A program made the position numbers and the translations under genes. The notes under the pieces are model-generated. The model did not search any database. It was not told the origin of the DNA and saw only the letters and a program-made list of their open reading frames with translations. Below are positions 1-22,238 of a DNA stretch of 64,000 nucleotides, piece by piece. Within the stretch, counting starts at the first letter, position 1; each line of letters opens with the position of its first letter. The stretch is from Paraspadella gotoi (lineage: Eukaryota; Animalia; Chaetognatha): the NCBI GenBank assembly GCA_051294375.1, contig CM119268.1, forward strand, positions 4,794,278 to 4,858,277, given 5' to 3'.

Positions 1-2062
<2,062 letters not shown>

Positions 2063-2151
2063 GGCGAGATTTTTTGTTTTTTTAACTAAAGTTACTTTTA
2101 TCGATGTCAATTATATTCAATGAAACAAAAACCAATTCCTTTCCGTCTTCG

Positions 2152-2780
2152 GAAATGAAATTACTATGTTTCATTACTAAAAATCGAAAATTAATTAAAC
2201 ATACTAGCAATAATTACGGCCAGAAAAATGAAAAATGAAATTATATGTTTCATTACTAAAAAAAAAGAAAAAATTAATTAGACATACTAGCAATAATTCA
2301 AGCCCAGAACAATGAAATTTACTATGTTTCATTACTAAAAAAAGAAAAATTCATTAAACATACTAGCAAAATCACGGACACGGCCAGAGAAATGAAATTA
2401 CTATGTTTCATTACTAAAAATCGAAAAAATTATAACATACTAGCAATAATTAATGGCCAGAAAAATGAAAAATGAAATTAATATGTTTCATTACTAAAAA
2501 AAGAAGAAAAATTAATTAGACATACTAGCAATAATTCAAGGCCAGAACAATGAAAATTACTATGTTTCATTAACAAAAAAAGAAAATTCATTAAAACATA
2601 CTAGCAATAATTCACGGCAGAGAAATGAAATTACTATGTTTCATTACTAAAAATAGAAAAATTAATTAAATATACTTGCAATAATTCACGGTCAGAAAAA
2701 TAAAAAATGAAATTACTATGTTTCATTACTAAAAAAAGAAAATAAATTAAACATCCTAGCAATTATTCACAGCCAGAAAT
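2152..2780. repeat. AT-rich minisatellite, ~78-80 bp unit, ~8 copies
   Basis: Recurrent unit aatgaaattactatgtttcattactaaaaa...attaattaaacatactagcaataattcacggccagaa between the two NAT genes. Confidence 0.9.
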
Positions 2781-2922
2781 AACATTATTACTTGAGGTAG
2801 AAATGTTGCATCAAATCGTAACACAGTTTGCGTATCAACGGGTTTTTTTTCTCTTTTAATTCTTCTCTAAAGTGTCTTACTATGTCCATGTTTGTTGATT
2901 ATGTCAACACACTTCTCCTTAA

Positions 2923-9826
<6,904 letters not shown>

Positions 9827-12007
9827 TGTTTTTGTTTCTTTCCCTTTCGTTTCTTTCGTTTTTGTTCTTTTGTTTGTTTGTTTGTTGTTTTTTTTTTTGT
9901 TATTAGCAAAATGATTAATTAGTTTCTATTTGTTTGTGTTTATTTTAAGTAATTGCGAATTTTTTCTCCAACTGTAATATTTTTTTTTCTTTTTAATTTT
10001 AATTAATGAATTTTTTCCTACATGATGATGATTATTGTTTTCCTATTTGTGGTGGATTGGGCAAGGGTTTAACCAGAGTATGTCCAGTAATCATATCTCA
10101 CGCAGTTTTAAATTTTGGTAATCTTTATAATTTTGCTAGAACTTCAAAAGAGAACCATTATAAATCAAAATAGACGTCATAGCACCAGTGCAACCCAGTT
10201 TTGTACTTTGAACCCAGTGTCTGGATTTGCTCTTTTTTCTCACAAAATATATTCAAACTTCTTGAACGACGCCAGTAACAAAGACTACGTTATTTCTATT
10301 AGACAATTTCTCGTCGTTTGCATTCATGACTTTTGTTCCATACAGGGAACTATGTTTGGCTAATGTGCCGAGGATGTCTCGAGTGGAAATAAAAACAAAA
10401 GACTTAGGAAATAGATTTTAATAAGTTTATTCTCGTACTGATGAAATTGGTACAAGCAATATAAAAATTATCCATTGATTTAATAAACAAGCTATCTTGC
10501 CCCTGACTTTGGACAGTAGCGCGGAGTATAAATACAAAACATGAAAAATCTCACTTCGAGCCCTCTTGATTTTTTGACTTAGATATAAACTTATTAACTA
10601 GGGTATAAAAAACTAAAATTCGATAGGCCAGTTTTCCCGTCCAAGCCAGTTTATAGTAGGACCGAAAGTCAAAAAATGCAAAAAAATTAACAATATATGA
10701 AATTAAAAAAAGTCAGTTTCAATTAATAATTTTGTAAATATTATTGCTAAAATTAAAGTAATATTGATAGATTTAATGATTTAAAACATAAAATATTTAT
10801 ATCATAAAATTTTAAAATTCTATAAATTATGAATTATTCAATCAAAAAACCGAAAAATTGAGCAAAAAGGGAGAAATTGGCACCCCTAAATAAATAAATT
10901 ATGCTTAAAACATGAAGGCAGAAAATGCTATTTTGTATAAAAAAATGGTCATAAGAAACAAGTAATATTGTTTGGGAGACGTGATAAAAAACCTCTGAAA
11001 ATGACAAAAATACTTGTTTTACTTCTTCTCTCCGTATTGAGCTAACAAGTGGGAGCAATCTCATTACAACTACCATAATTTATTTTTTATCATGAGGAAT
11101 TACAGTTCTGGTAACAATGTTAGTAAAATTATTTAGATACCACTGCAGGGCAGAACTACCATGGCTCAACACTGAGCTTTTAAAAAATGTAGAAACAGGT
11201 AATGAATTGTTATTGCTGTAGAATCGTAAAATGGCAAAAAGATGATATAAATGAACTTTGCTTTAAGAATTAGATCAATTTTTGAAAGATCTGATATATA
11301 ATGACTTTATGCAAATTGCGCAAAAAAACTTTTTAAAAACATGTTGCTAATAATGCACTATAAAAACATATCAAAGAATTATCGGGCAGCTTTCCAGCAC
11401 CATGACACCAACGAGGAAACAGGCGCCATGAAAAACTTTTTCTTTAAAGCCATAACACCTCGAAAATAATAGTAAGCACCATAAAAATTTGTTTTATTAA
11501 GCGGGCTGCACAATGGATAAAGTCGTAATTAAAACTTTAGGTAGATTATTATTTTTGATATCAATATCATTAAATTATAAATTATCATTGTGACAAACAG
11601 AATCTTCGTTCATAACAGCAAGAGAAGAATTGGTTTTTCGGTATAGCGCTATCATACTACATATTTTAATAGTACAATTTAAGATGTACTAAGCTGCTGG
11701 TTATTTTTTTTTAAAAGTTTTTCTCATTCGATTTCAAGCCAAGAACTAAAATCAAGTTTTTCTTTTTTTAATCAATGTCCATCTTTAGCTACCACCGGTC
11801 GGTGCTTTGTTAATCCATTTAATTTTGTTTTCCCTCTAGCGTCAGGTCTCAGTTTGCAAAATAATATACATTTTTTTTTGTTCAGTAATATCAATTTTAT
11901 AATTTTATAATAAATGATTTTTTAAATTTATTTTAATGGCTATTTTTATGTTTGAGGTAGAAAATGAATTGTTTACGTACGAGTTTTATGAAGAAACATA
12001 AATTTTG

Positions 12008-12041
12008 GACATGTTTCAGCTTCAATGTAAGCTTTCATCAG
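12008..12041 (-). ncRNA. Minimal hammerhead ribozyme motif (Penelope-like-element type)
   Basis: Minus strand reads CUGAUGA-A-AGCUU(ACAUUG)AAGCU-GAAAC-AU-GUC: perfect stem II and palindromic ACAUGU stem III. Stem I is weak. Confidence 0.7.
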
Positions 12042-12155
12042 CGCAAAAACAGATTTGTTAAACAAATATTTTACAGACTGTTTCTCTCACTCATTCTTTC
12101 TTCAAACTATAAAATTTGTAAAAATATTTGTTTCACAAATCAATTCGTTTTTGCG

Positions 12156-12189
12156 CTGATGAAGGTTTACATTGAAGCCGAAACAAGTC
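12156..12189 (+). ncRNA. Minimal hammerhead ribozyme motif, second (inverted) copy
   Basis: Plus strand reads CUGAUGA-A-GGUUU(ACAUUG)AAGCC-GAAAC-AA-GUC. Stem II is retained with an A-U to G-C change relative to the other copy. Confidence 0.65.
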
Positions 12190-13644
12190 CGAAGTTTGTT
12201 TCTTAATAAAACTTAACAAACAAGGAAAAGAAATGAAAGGAAAAACAATAATTTTATATTATATTTTTTAAACGGTTAGAGTTAGGGAAGGTTAGGAATT
12301 GGTAATAATAAATTTTTCCACACTTACCAGTGTCCTTTTTTTAGTTTTGAGTAGCGAGATTTCAATACGTCGCTCATAAAAAGCGAAAAAAAAATAACCG
12401 ACCGCAAAATCCCGGTCGGCGAATGTAAAAGTCAATAAGCCGTTTTAGTATTTGTAATACGTTGTTGAAATGTAAAATCTTTTTGCCTTTGTTATTGACT
12501 TTTAAGTACTTATTTTAAAATTAATTTAATCGAATCAACGACTCAATTGTATGTGATGAGGCTTTCTAAAATGGTGAACCCGACTAAAGATCGCAACCTG
12601 GCGGACAACCGCGAGTCTCGCATCTCCACATCTCCCAACCTTTCCGTCAAGTCCGAACGTTTCCGCGGCCGCAGCCCTCTGGAAAGGAAATACGGTCCAC
12701 AAATGATATACAAACGTCTCGAAATAGATCGTGTAACCTCGCCCTTCAGACAACCAAACTACTTCCGACTCTTCTAAAAACACCTCGAGCCTCGATCATC
12801 ATCAAGATAACCTCAGTCACAAAGAAACATCTCAACGAAATACAGTGAAGCCTCAATCACCGTCATCGTTGTCGTCGGCTGACTTCTCCTTATGAGCTTA
12901 CTTGGTTAAGTTTCTTTCATTCAAATTTCAAGCCAAGAACTAAAACTACATTTTTTTATTTTTAATCGACGTCCAAAGTAATGTTATCATTACATTTTAA
13001 CCTCATATCTCCTTCAACTTGAAGTTCAAGTATATCATCCATTTATTATTGTTTTCTGTATTTGTATACAGAACCTTTTTGCCTTTGTTATTGTCTTTTT
13101 AAGTAGTTATTATAGAATTAATTAAATTGAATCAATGAATAAATTCTTTGTGACAAGGGTTTCCAAAAAGTAACAGTAAATGAGAACTTGGTAAAGGTTT
13201 GGACAATAGAATAACTGGATTAACGTGTAATATTGGAGTTTTTTTAACTTTAATTAATTATGAGCTACTTTAAATACGAGTTATCAACAAACTATGAAGA
13301 AATAAATATCTTGTGTCTATTTGTATGAAAAATATTTGAGGTTTAAGAGTATTCTTCTTACGTCGGAGGAGTAACCTTAAAGCCGCGAATCAAAATCCAG
13401 GATTCTCAGAATTCGACCAATCAGAAGCCGCGCTCGAGTCGGAGATTTAAGCAGACGAAAAACGCAGAGGACTCGGAATTTCAATGTTGGTTTATAACCC
13501 TCGTGACGTTTTGACGTGAACGGAATCGGTTTGCGATTAAAATTGTTCGGAAATCAATTGATTAGGTTAAAAAATAGTAAAACCGAAATATTAAGAGGAC
13601 TCGAGATGGTTTAATTCAAGTTATGTAATTATAATCCGCGCTAT

Positions 13645-13780
13645 TGGACAGGCTTTGGTGGTTTAAGGCCTCCATCATTCTTACAAGATAATGTCATAAC
13701 AGGTCCCTGCAAGCTTTCAATCAAGACTTTCTCTCAGTCTCGTTTATTCACTCCCAGAGTACCTGGATTCCTTATCAATG
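13645..13780. repeat. Dispersed repeat family (ggacaggctttggtgg...caggtccctgcaagctttcaatcaagac)
   Basis: Reverse copy at ~49660-49780 and a related one at ~42380-42490. The motif aagtcagggacaagatagcttattt recurs at ~10490, 19860, 50855 and 57125. Confidence 0.55.
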
Positions 13781-14351
13781 AAGTGGTATAATGTTTCAAG
13801 GAATGTTTCAATTGTATGAAAAGACCACTCCCTTAAGTATAAGATCGGGGAATACTGTTATTATATTATTGTACTGATATTATTACGAATATTTTTGCAT
13901 CAGTAGAATTGATTTTTACTTCATCAAGAATCTTAAAATAATCATTAACATTCAACATTCAACATTCAACATTAACTAACTTTACTACTTTAGTTCGCAA
14001 AAAAAAATCCTTTAAAACGACAAGTGTAAGTACAATAGCAGTTAGTGACCGAAAGGCAACAGGTCGAGACGACAAAGGTGAAATAAAAAAAAAAGAAGTA
14101 GCTAAAAACAGTAATAATTTTGTTCGATGCGAGATTTATAAAGCCGGAAGGCAACGGTATTGACACAGTAAAACATTAAAAATATCACTACGGTATTAAA
14201 CGTCAACTTTAACATCGCCTTATCTAAAAAAAAAATCCAAAAATAATTTTTTTGTAAAATTGTAAATTTAAAAAAAAAAGCAGAATATGTAGCTTTGGAT
14301 TCCCCAAATACTCGAAATCTTAATGCTGCAAATGCCGCAGATCCCGGTGGC

Positions 14352-15371
14352 TCAACTCATGGTCCAATGCCGGATGGACTTTTCCGGCTGAAGAGTTGCA
14401 GCGTCCTGAAAGGCGTGGGCGGGAACGACGCGGTCGCCGATAGAAATGACGTTGTTGTCGCCGATGATGAAGTTTTGGACGTGACCCTGAATCACAACGC
14501 GGGTTCCATCCTGTGATAGATGGGGATGGAGCAAAGGGGTCGGGGATGAGAGATGGTGTTCGGGGATTGGGGATAGAGGTTTGGGATGAGGGATAGAGGT
14601 TGGAAGTGGAAGATACAGGTCGGGGATGGGGGATAGAGGTCGGGGATGAGGGATAGAGGTCGAGGATGAGGAGAAAGAGGTTGGGGATGGGGGAAGAGGG
14701 TCGGGGATGGGAGATAGAGTCGGGATGAGGGATAGAGGTTGGGATGGGGGATAGAGGTTGGGGTGGAGAATAGAGGTCGAAGATGAGAGATATGATTGTC
14801 GGGTTATTGAGGGATAGAGGTCGAAGATGGGGGAAATAGGTCGGGGATGGAAGATAGGGAGGTCGGGAATAGGGCATGAGGGATAAATAGGGCAGATTTA
14901 ACTTAGAACACGTGGGTGATGCAAAAGTTAATTGATTGGTTATTGATGAAGCAGAAATTAAGACGAATCCAGATCCACAGTTTCAGAGTTGCATTTAAAT
15001 ACACCTCAAATAGGTAACAGGAAAAAAACTAAGATTAAAAATTTAAATGATACAAATAAATCAAATGAGTCAACAAATCAATTAATCCATTAATCAATCA
15101 TCGGTAACCGTGTATCAATCAAACCATATTTTTATTAGTTGATCAAAAAGTAAACAACACAATCAATGATAAACCGGTAACAAATGGTCTATAGTGGTGA
15201 CGAGGTTTCACAAATGGTAACTGTTCAATGACCAATGGTCAATTGGTCATACCTGTGAGGGAATTGTGAGAAATGGAACAATTCCTTTGATGATCGTCAG
15301 GCAATTCTCTTGAAGATGTTGGTTCGAGTTGTTGACAGGCGGAAGAGCGAGTGGAGTGTTGAAGGACATTT

Positions 15372-15452
<81 letters not shown>

Positions 15453-15604
15453 TATAAAACCAAAGATTGACGTTGAGACAAAAAGTGAAAACGAATTCCG
15501 AGTGGAAAACAGTCAGAGAAACTTTTCCTTCGGTCAGACAGACAGACAGACAGACAGACAAAAAAGACAAAGGGATGCATTATTTGGCCTCACCATTGAC
15601 GTTT

Positions 15605-15638
<34 letters not shown>

Positions 15639-16642
15639 TCAACCCGATTCCATCATCGGCGAAAAGAGATTCGTCCATTTCACCGGCTGAGAGTCGAATT
15701 TATCAAGGTTAATGATAACGATAATGATAATGATAATCAGAGTTAATGATAACGTAATTACGATAATCATCGACTATTAACGAGCCAAAGTAGTTTAAGT
15801 TTTTAACCTTGACAGTTTTGGTTCGATTTAATGATTTGTTCGCGCGCTTCTTGTCTGAGATAAACTTTTCCCGTTTCCGGCAACTGAAATAAACGTTCAA
15901 ATTTATTCATATTTGTTACCATAGCGTGACTTGTATATAATTATAGGCTAAATAGCTTATTTGCTGGATGAATTAAAGTCCATCCAAGTTTATGCTTGTA
16001 CCAATAACAGATTCTTATATATTGTTTACAGTCCTTTTTTGTTATTGGTTTTGTTAATATTATTTTTGAAAATAATATAAAATAAAAAACTGTGACAGTC
16101 TTTGTTGTCATGTTATGCAATTTTTATCCATCTGTCCAAAGCCATAGGCAAGATTGCTTATTTATTAAATAAATGTTTAACTTGAATATCGCTGGTACCA
16201 ATTTCATTTGAATTACTGAATAAACATTAACTTAAACTTCTTGCTAAAAAAAATTCAGTAAAAAAAAAATTTTCACCGTTTTTCGTTCGTCGATACGAAA
16301 TGGCAGAAAGACGACGTCTTTTTTGCCGGCAACGAAATTTTCTCCGGTGTCGGTTTGAGGTAGTTGTCGGTCTCGGCGTCGGTATGATTGTCGGTCGATG
16401 GCCTCGTCTTCGCAACCGACTCGGGGGCCGTGGTTTCGGTCATCCTCGACGGTCAAACGGTCGGCGGCATCGTTCGGACTCCCTGCGTCATCTTCTTTGC
16501 ACTTTTCCGGCGGATGGTCTAGATTGCGTTGCAGATTGGCGCCATCGTTCGTTCTTCTTCGCAACGACGACGTCAGCGACGAAAATCGACGTCGCAATTT
16601 GGTCGTCGGCGTCGTTTTTGACTTCGACGTTTGAATTCCCAT
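14352..16642 (-). CDS. Putative N-myristoylated, largely disordered protein with a C-terminal RHIM-like motif (~270 aa)
   Basis: Exons 16642-16277, 15883-15808, 15686-15594, 15371-15253, 14510-14352 join in frame (813 nt). N-terminus MGIQTSK, a poly-Asp tract, and last exon DGTRVVIQGHVQNFIIGDNNVISIG. Confidence 0.75.
14520..14880. repeat. G-rich ~20-bp minisatellite (ggggatagaggtcggggatg) in the last intron of the RHIM-like gene
   Basis: Roughly 17 degenerate tandem copies. Confidence 0.85.
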
Positions 16643-17549
16643 TGAGAGAGAGAAGAGAGAAGAGAGAAGAGAGAAGAGAGAGAGAGAGAAAGAGAGCGAG
16701 AGAGAGAGAGAGAATTTACAAAAGTAATGTAGGTGAGATTCAATGAGGTTTTTTATTCAATCAGTTATTTTCTTTAATCCTAAAAAAAAATAAAGAAGCA
16801 TTCAATGAAATGAATATATCCCAAAATTTATGATAAAAATAAATGTCAAAATTAATTTGCATCGGAATGTAAGGAGTGGAGATAAATAATTTCTATAACA
16901 GATCAAATAACACGTAGTACATTCTATAAATGAAAGTACTAACCACCAAAGAACAAAAAAAAACAATAGTGAGATTAAATTTATAGCCAAGGCATACATA
17001 ACAATTGAGTTAAAACTGTTAAAAGAAAACAATCGATGGTTGAATACATCCCCACTCTTATTCTTAACCTCTAACTTTGCTACGCCTACATTGTTTTGCA
17101 CGCAGAGACTTACGAGCCTCTTCACTAATTCCCCTCGGCCCTTTTTTTCCGAAAGCCACCAATTTTAGGTTATAAAGTTTAGATTAGCGATTACGATTGG
17201 GGTGAAAGATTAGGAGATGAAATTATGGATCAAGATGAGGAATAAAGGGAAGTATGTTAGGTATCAGGGATCATGGTTATTGGTTAGCGGTTAGGTTAGG
17301 GTTAAGGACGAAGGCTTAGATATTACAGTTTGTTTATTGTTTTTTTTCATTTTCGTTCTGTTTTTAGATAATTAACAACAAATAAAACGATTTATATTCT
17401 TCTTCAACAAGATGATGAAGAGTTCATCGAAGGCAAAACGCTTAAGTATTAAGATTAATATTAAGATTAAGATTAAGATTAAGATAAAATTGAGATCTGG
17501 GTTGAGGAACTATAAGAGGATTCTCAGAAACTAATGCCCCCCCTACTCT

Positions 17550-20500
17550 TCAGTTTCCGACGCCCTTCTCTTCAATGGGCGGGTAAATCTCGCTCAGCTT
17601 TCCCTTGGGCCGACGCAGCCGCTTGCCATCAGCGTCTACCGCTTCAGCAGCCCCAGCGTCCCCGAATTCCGTCTGGGAAGAAACGACGGCGTCCTTGTCG
17701 TTGTTGTTGTTGTTGATTGCCGGACGATACTCTACCCGATTCCAAAGGAATTCCGACATCGCTCTTTTCTCTAGAACCTGAGAATTGGTGGAATTGGTGG
17801 AATTGGTGGAATTGGTTGAAAAGATGTCCGATATAAGTAACTATTGGAGATTTTAAAAATTAAAGTTTTGTAGGTTTTTTTAAATTTTCATCAAAATTTG
17901 CGAAAGTTGCTATTCTAATTATTATTTATGTGTTTTATTCGTTTACAACAAGTAACAGATACACACAAAAATGATATATTTTTAAAATGTAACAAAATAT
18001 AAATACTAAATTAACAGAAGGAAAAAATAAGAAATTAACAATTAGCTGACAAGATTTTTAGAATATTTTCCTTAGAGGAAAACAGCAAACTTTAACTTTA
18101 ACTTTAATTATACAATGAAAAAAACCAGAAACAAAACAAGAAATACTAATTTGAATAAAGAATTTTATTACAAAGTGTTAAGGCTTGTGCTAACCCGATA
18201 ATCATGGCGCGACGCGATGAGTTCCGCTTCCATTTTCTCCAAAGCTTTTTCCTTCTCTTGACATTCGACTCGCTTGGCGGCCAAGTCTTCGCGGATCGAC
18301 CTCTCGTAAAGGACTGGGGGGGAAGTTTTGGGGGGTGGATTGGGGGGGTAGTGGCAGAGGTGAATGGGGGATGCAGGAAAAGGGGGTTGTGGTGAATAGA
18401 ATGGGAGGTGGGTGGATAAGGAAGAGACGTAAGTGGTTTCGAAGAAGTATCGTATGTGATATGGGGATGGTAATTTAGGTGGTTTTTTTTGTTGTTCATG
18501 ATTGATAAAGTTTTCCGAGGTAATATTAACTGTTTTTCAATAAAAGTCACAATTAATAAAATTAATCTTTGGAAAGGCGTATTCGTCTTCACCCTGTATG
18601 ACATTTCAAAGTTTCAAACAAAGTGAAATTCTTTTACCGAACAAGACAATTAAAATAGACCTATAGACGGACCTGGTCGGTAAGGCGGGCCAAAATTGAT
18701 CGCTTTTTATCATTAAGAGTTCTGTAATATAAAATTTATTTGTCCATCATATACTTAATAAATATTTACTATCACTTTTAAAACTAGTGAAGCACAGTAT
18801 AACATTGAAGCATTGAAATATTTATCAATGCATACAAAATTGTCTACACAAAGTATATAATGCGTTTTTCAATATTTCGATGATTAGTGGGTCAAATAAT
18901 AGAAAAAATCATCATTATCATTGTTGTACCATAATTTTTTTTAGTTTTTGCTAATTTAAAGCATAAAACAAAAAAAAATGGAAATCTTGTAGTAATATTT
19001 TTTATTTATTTTTTTAATCTCTACCCGAATCAGTTTTTAAAAATTCTGATTTTGAAAAAAAAAATCATGATTTATAGTAATACGATAAACTTTAAATGCT
19101 TCTATGTTATTAACTATATATAAAATCTTAATTTTTTTTTAATTTCGTTATCCCACGTTAACTATTTATATTACAGAACTCTTAGTTTTTACTTCGTTCC
19201 GCCTTACTGGTCGGCCTTGTGATGTGATTACTTGTCGTCATCGCGAATCATCAGAAAGCCGACGAATCACAGACCTTATTTCAACCTTGGACAGACCAAT
19301 GACCGACAGAGAGATTAAGGGGTCGACGGCCGAGATTGCCGAGGGATCTCGAGGCATTCTCCTCAACATCCAAACTCAAGAAACATCTCTTCACCACATA
19401 ATTACTGAATTGTTTATATTGTCGTCACCTTAATCATTGTCCGTCTTTAATACAACCATTGTCAATCAAATACTTGCCTTCAATTAATAATTACCATCAA
19501 CTATATCCCTCCCCCCAATTTCTAACCAACGACGAATCCAGCGACGATAATGGCGACGAGGACAAACGCGTCTTTGTCTTGTCTTTCTGAGAATCGATTC
19601 TTCTCTGTGATTACTCCGTCTTCTTTCTTCTTCCACTCTGTCTCGCTGACGACTCGCTCTCCCGATTTCGGCGCGAGGGCGAGAGCCGCGTTTAACTTCT
19701 CCTGTTGGAAAATATACAATTGAAACATTCTCTAAAATATTACATAGCTGAGCCAGATACTCTGGAGCGAATAAACTGTGTTATTATCGTTATGCTATGT
19801 TATTATCTTTCAAGAAGGATATAGGTCTTCGTCCACCAAAGCATGTCCATTGGACAACATCCAAAGTCAGGGACAATATAGCTTATTTATTGTGATATAA
19901 ATCCTTTCTTTTCGTTGTTTGAGAGAATTAGAGACAGTTTGAGTTTCAGCTTATTTATTAAATGAATAGATAATTATTATCTTGGTTGTGCGAACCCCTT
20001 TCATGACGTCTGGCGTTAAGCGTCCGAGATAAAAATTAGCGAATAAAAAAGTTGTTATTTTACTCATTGAATAAAAATACTTAAAATACTTACAAAATAC
20101 ATAAAATTAATAAAATTATTATTGCGATAACATTGTTCAATCACATGCAATATATCTAGTGCCTTTTTTTTCATTGAAATCGATAGATATTAACTAAAAA
20201 TATTAGAATTAAATTTTCTTTTTAATATAATAAGAGAACCAAACTTCCGTCACTTGATGTCGTCAGGTTACTAGTAAATATGCGTTTGAGAAATCCAAAT
20301 CTGTTTTTAAAATTGACCTACGTAGACGCGCATAGACGCGATATGCCTTGAAAGCAAGTTGTTCCGTTACTGTTGAAAAAAAAGAAGTAAAAAATCATGT
20401 AGCAACCTTAAAAAACATATGATTTAAATATGAAAATTTATGAGTTCAAACTTTGTTCCCCCTGATTTAAAAACTACTGACATAGGGCTAAAAGACTGTA

Positions 20501-22238
20501 TTATCAGATTGGTATTGGTCATCGTTTGAGGTGAAAATTAAAACCATTGCATAATGCCCATTAGCTAATTAATATAAAAAAAAATTATTAAAATAACTAC
20601 AATCTTTCAATAACACGCTAATGCATGTAGCTGTATGGTTAAATTATTGTTTTCATTTTTTATTATATACAATGCTCTTATCAATAAAGGGGTAAATTAC
20701 GAAGAAAATGAGGTATTTCAAGGCTCTATATTGAGACTATGATATCAATTAATTTTCTTTGTTCCGGCAACGAAATGTACCTAAGACTTTGTAGTTTCAT
20801 TAGCTAATCTTTATTTTTCTAATTTTAAAGGGCATGTTTGGCAAAAAACAGTCAGAAAAAAAAAATGATGATAAATTTTGAAGAAAAATTTGGAATAATT
20901 GCTATTATTTCTTACTATGACGTCAAGTTATTTTTTTCGTTATGTGCTTGAAAGCTAGGCTAAACCCAACAGAATTGGAATCAGTGCATGACCGCTGTAT
21001 ATTTATTTGAATTAATGAAAAAAAATCAATTCTGACAAAAAATTTCAAAATAAATTAATTAAAAAAAATTATTTTCGTCAATATTTATGATACTGAAGAT
21101 AAATTGAGTAGTTATAGACAGAATAATTCAAAATTTATTAGTCCTAATTATTACAAATGTAAATGATAAGTTTTATGCTGTGTCTAACGAGGCCTGGCAG
21201 AAAAAAATTATTACAATTTTTTTTATTTTTATGTCATAATGATATCATAAAATAATTTTAATGCATCATGTGAGATATCATATGAAAGCTAACGATGTCT
21301 GCTACATGACAGCACGTGAAAAAAAATTGTCTTAATAAAAATAGAAAATCACCAGACTACCCTAAATATAGGGTTATATAAGGGTGTCTAACGGTTTTTT
21401 TCGGAAACGCCAAGTTCGGATCGTGATTTCCCAGAGGTACCCGACTTAGTTGAAAAGGGATTGTCGGTGCTGGTTGAAACTGTGCCAGTAAAGTGACTGA
21501 AATAAAGTGAGCTAACTTTTTTTTCCTCAGATTCCTTGCTTTCCGAAAATAGGCTTGCCTCCGGTGGTTTAACCGTCACTTGTAATAATTCATATTTTTA
21601 ATTTTCCCTATTTAAATAATAAAAATAAAAAAAAAATAATATTTTATTACCGTGATTTCAGAGTTCTCCGAATTGGCTTTCATAAGGTTTTGTTTACAAG
21701 TTAAAGATTCCGTTCTTAATTCTTCCACTTTTGTCTCCAGCAAAGTTTTTTGCTTGTCAAAGTTTTGTTTACAAGTTAAAGATTCCGTCTTTAATTCTTC
21801 CACTTTTGTCTCCAGAAAAGTTTTTTGCTCGTCAAAGTTTTTTTTACAAGTTAAAGATTCCGTCTTTAATTCTTCCACTTTTGTCTCCAGCAAAGTTTTT
21901 TGCTCGTCAAAGTTTTCTTTACAAGTTAAAGATTCCGTCTTTAATTCTTCCACTTTTGTCTCCAGCAAAGTTTTTTGCTTGTCAAAGTTTTCTTTACTAG
22001 TTAAAGATTCCATCTTTAATTCTTCCACTTTTGTCTCCAGCAAAGTTTTTTGCTCGTCAAAGTTTTCTTTACTAGTTAAAGATTCCGTCTTTAATTCTTC
22101 CACTTTTGTCTCCAGCAAAGTTTTTTGCTCGTCAAGGTTTTCTTCTGCCGAAGATTTCCAGAAAAAGTTTAACCCAAGAGCCACGACTATTTGCAGCAAA
22201 ATAAGCAGCAAAAAAAGCAGAGAGTTATATCTCGCCAT
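17550..22238 (-). CDS. Type I membrane coiled-coil protein, paralogue B (~369 aa)
   Basis: Exons 22238-21651, 19701-19527, 18313-18195, 17777-17550 (1110 nt, in frame). Signal peptide MARYNSLLFLLLILLQIVVALG, six 25-aa coiled-coil repeats, TM AFVLVAIIVAGFVVVLY, a cytoplasmic coiled coil and basic tail KRLRRPKGK. Confidence 0.78.
21693..22143 (-). repeat. Coding tandem repeat, 75 bp x 6 (EQKTLLETKVEELKTESLT[S/C]KENFD)
   Basis: gttaaagattcc recurs every 75 bp (21700, 21775 and onward). Confidence 0.95.

Larger units (their letters stand above)
11981..12214. repeat. Imperfect ~95-bp-arm palindrome (Penelope-like inverted terminal structure)
   Basis: Left arm ~11981-12078 is the near reverse complement of ~12113-12214. 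Each arm carries a hammerhead core. Confidence 0.8.

Noticed and set aside
12547-12777. GC-richer 76-aa ORF
   Set aside because: No motif or splice partners identified, and it is flanked by locally duplicated repeat fragments.
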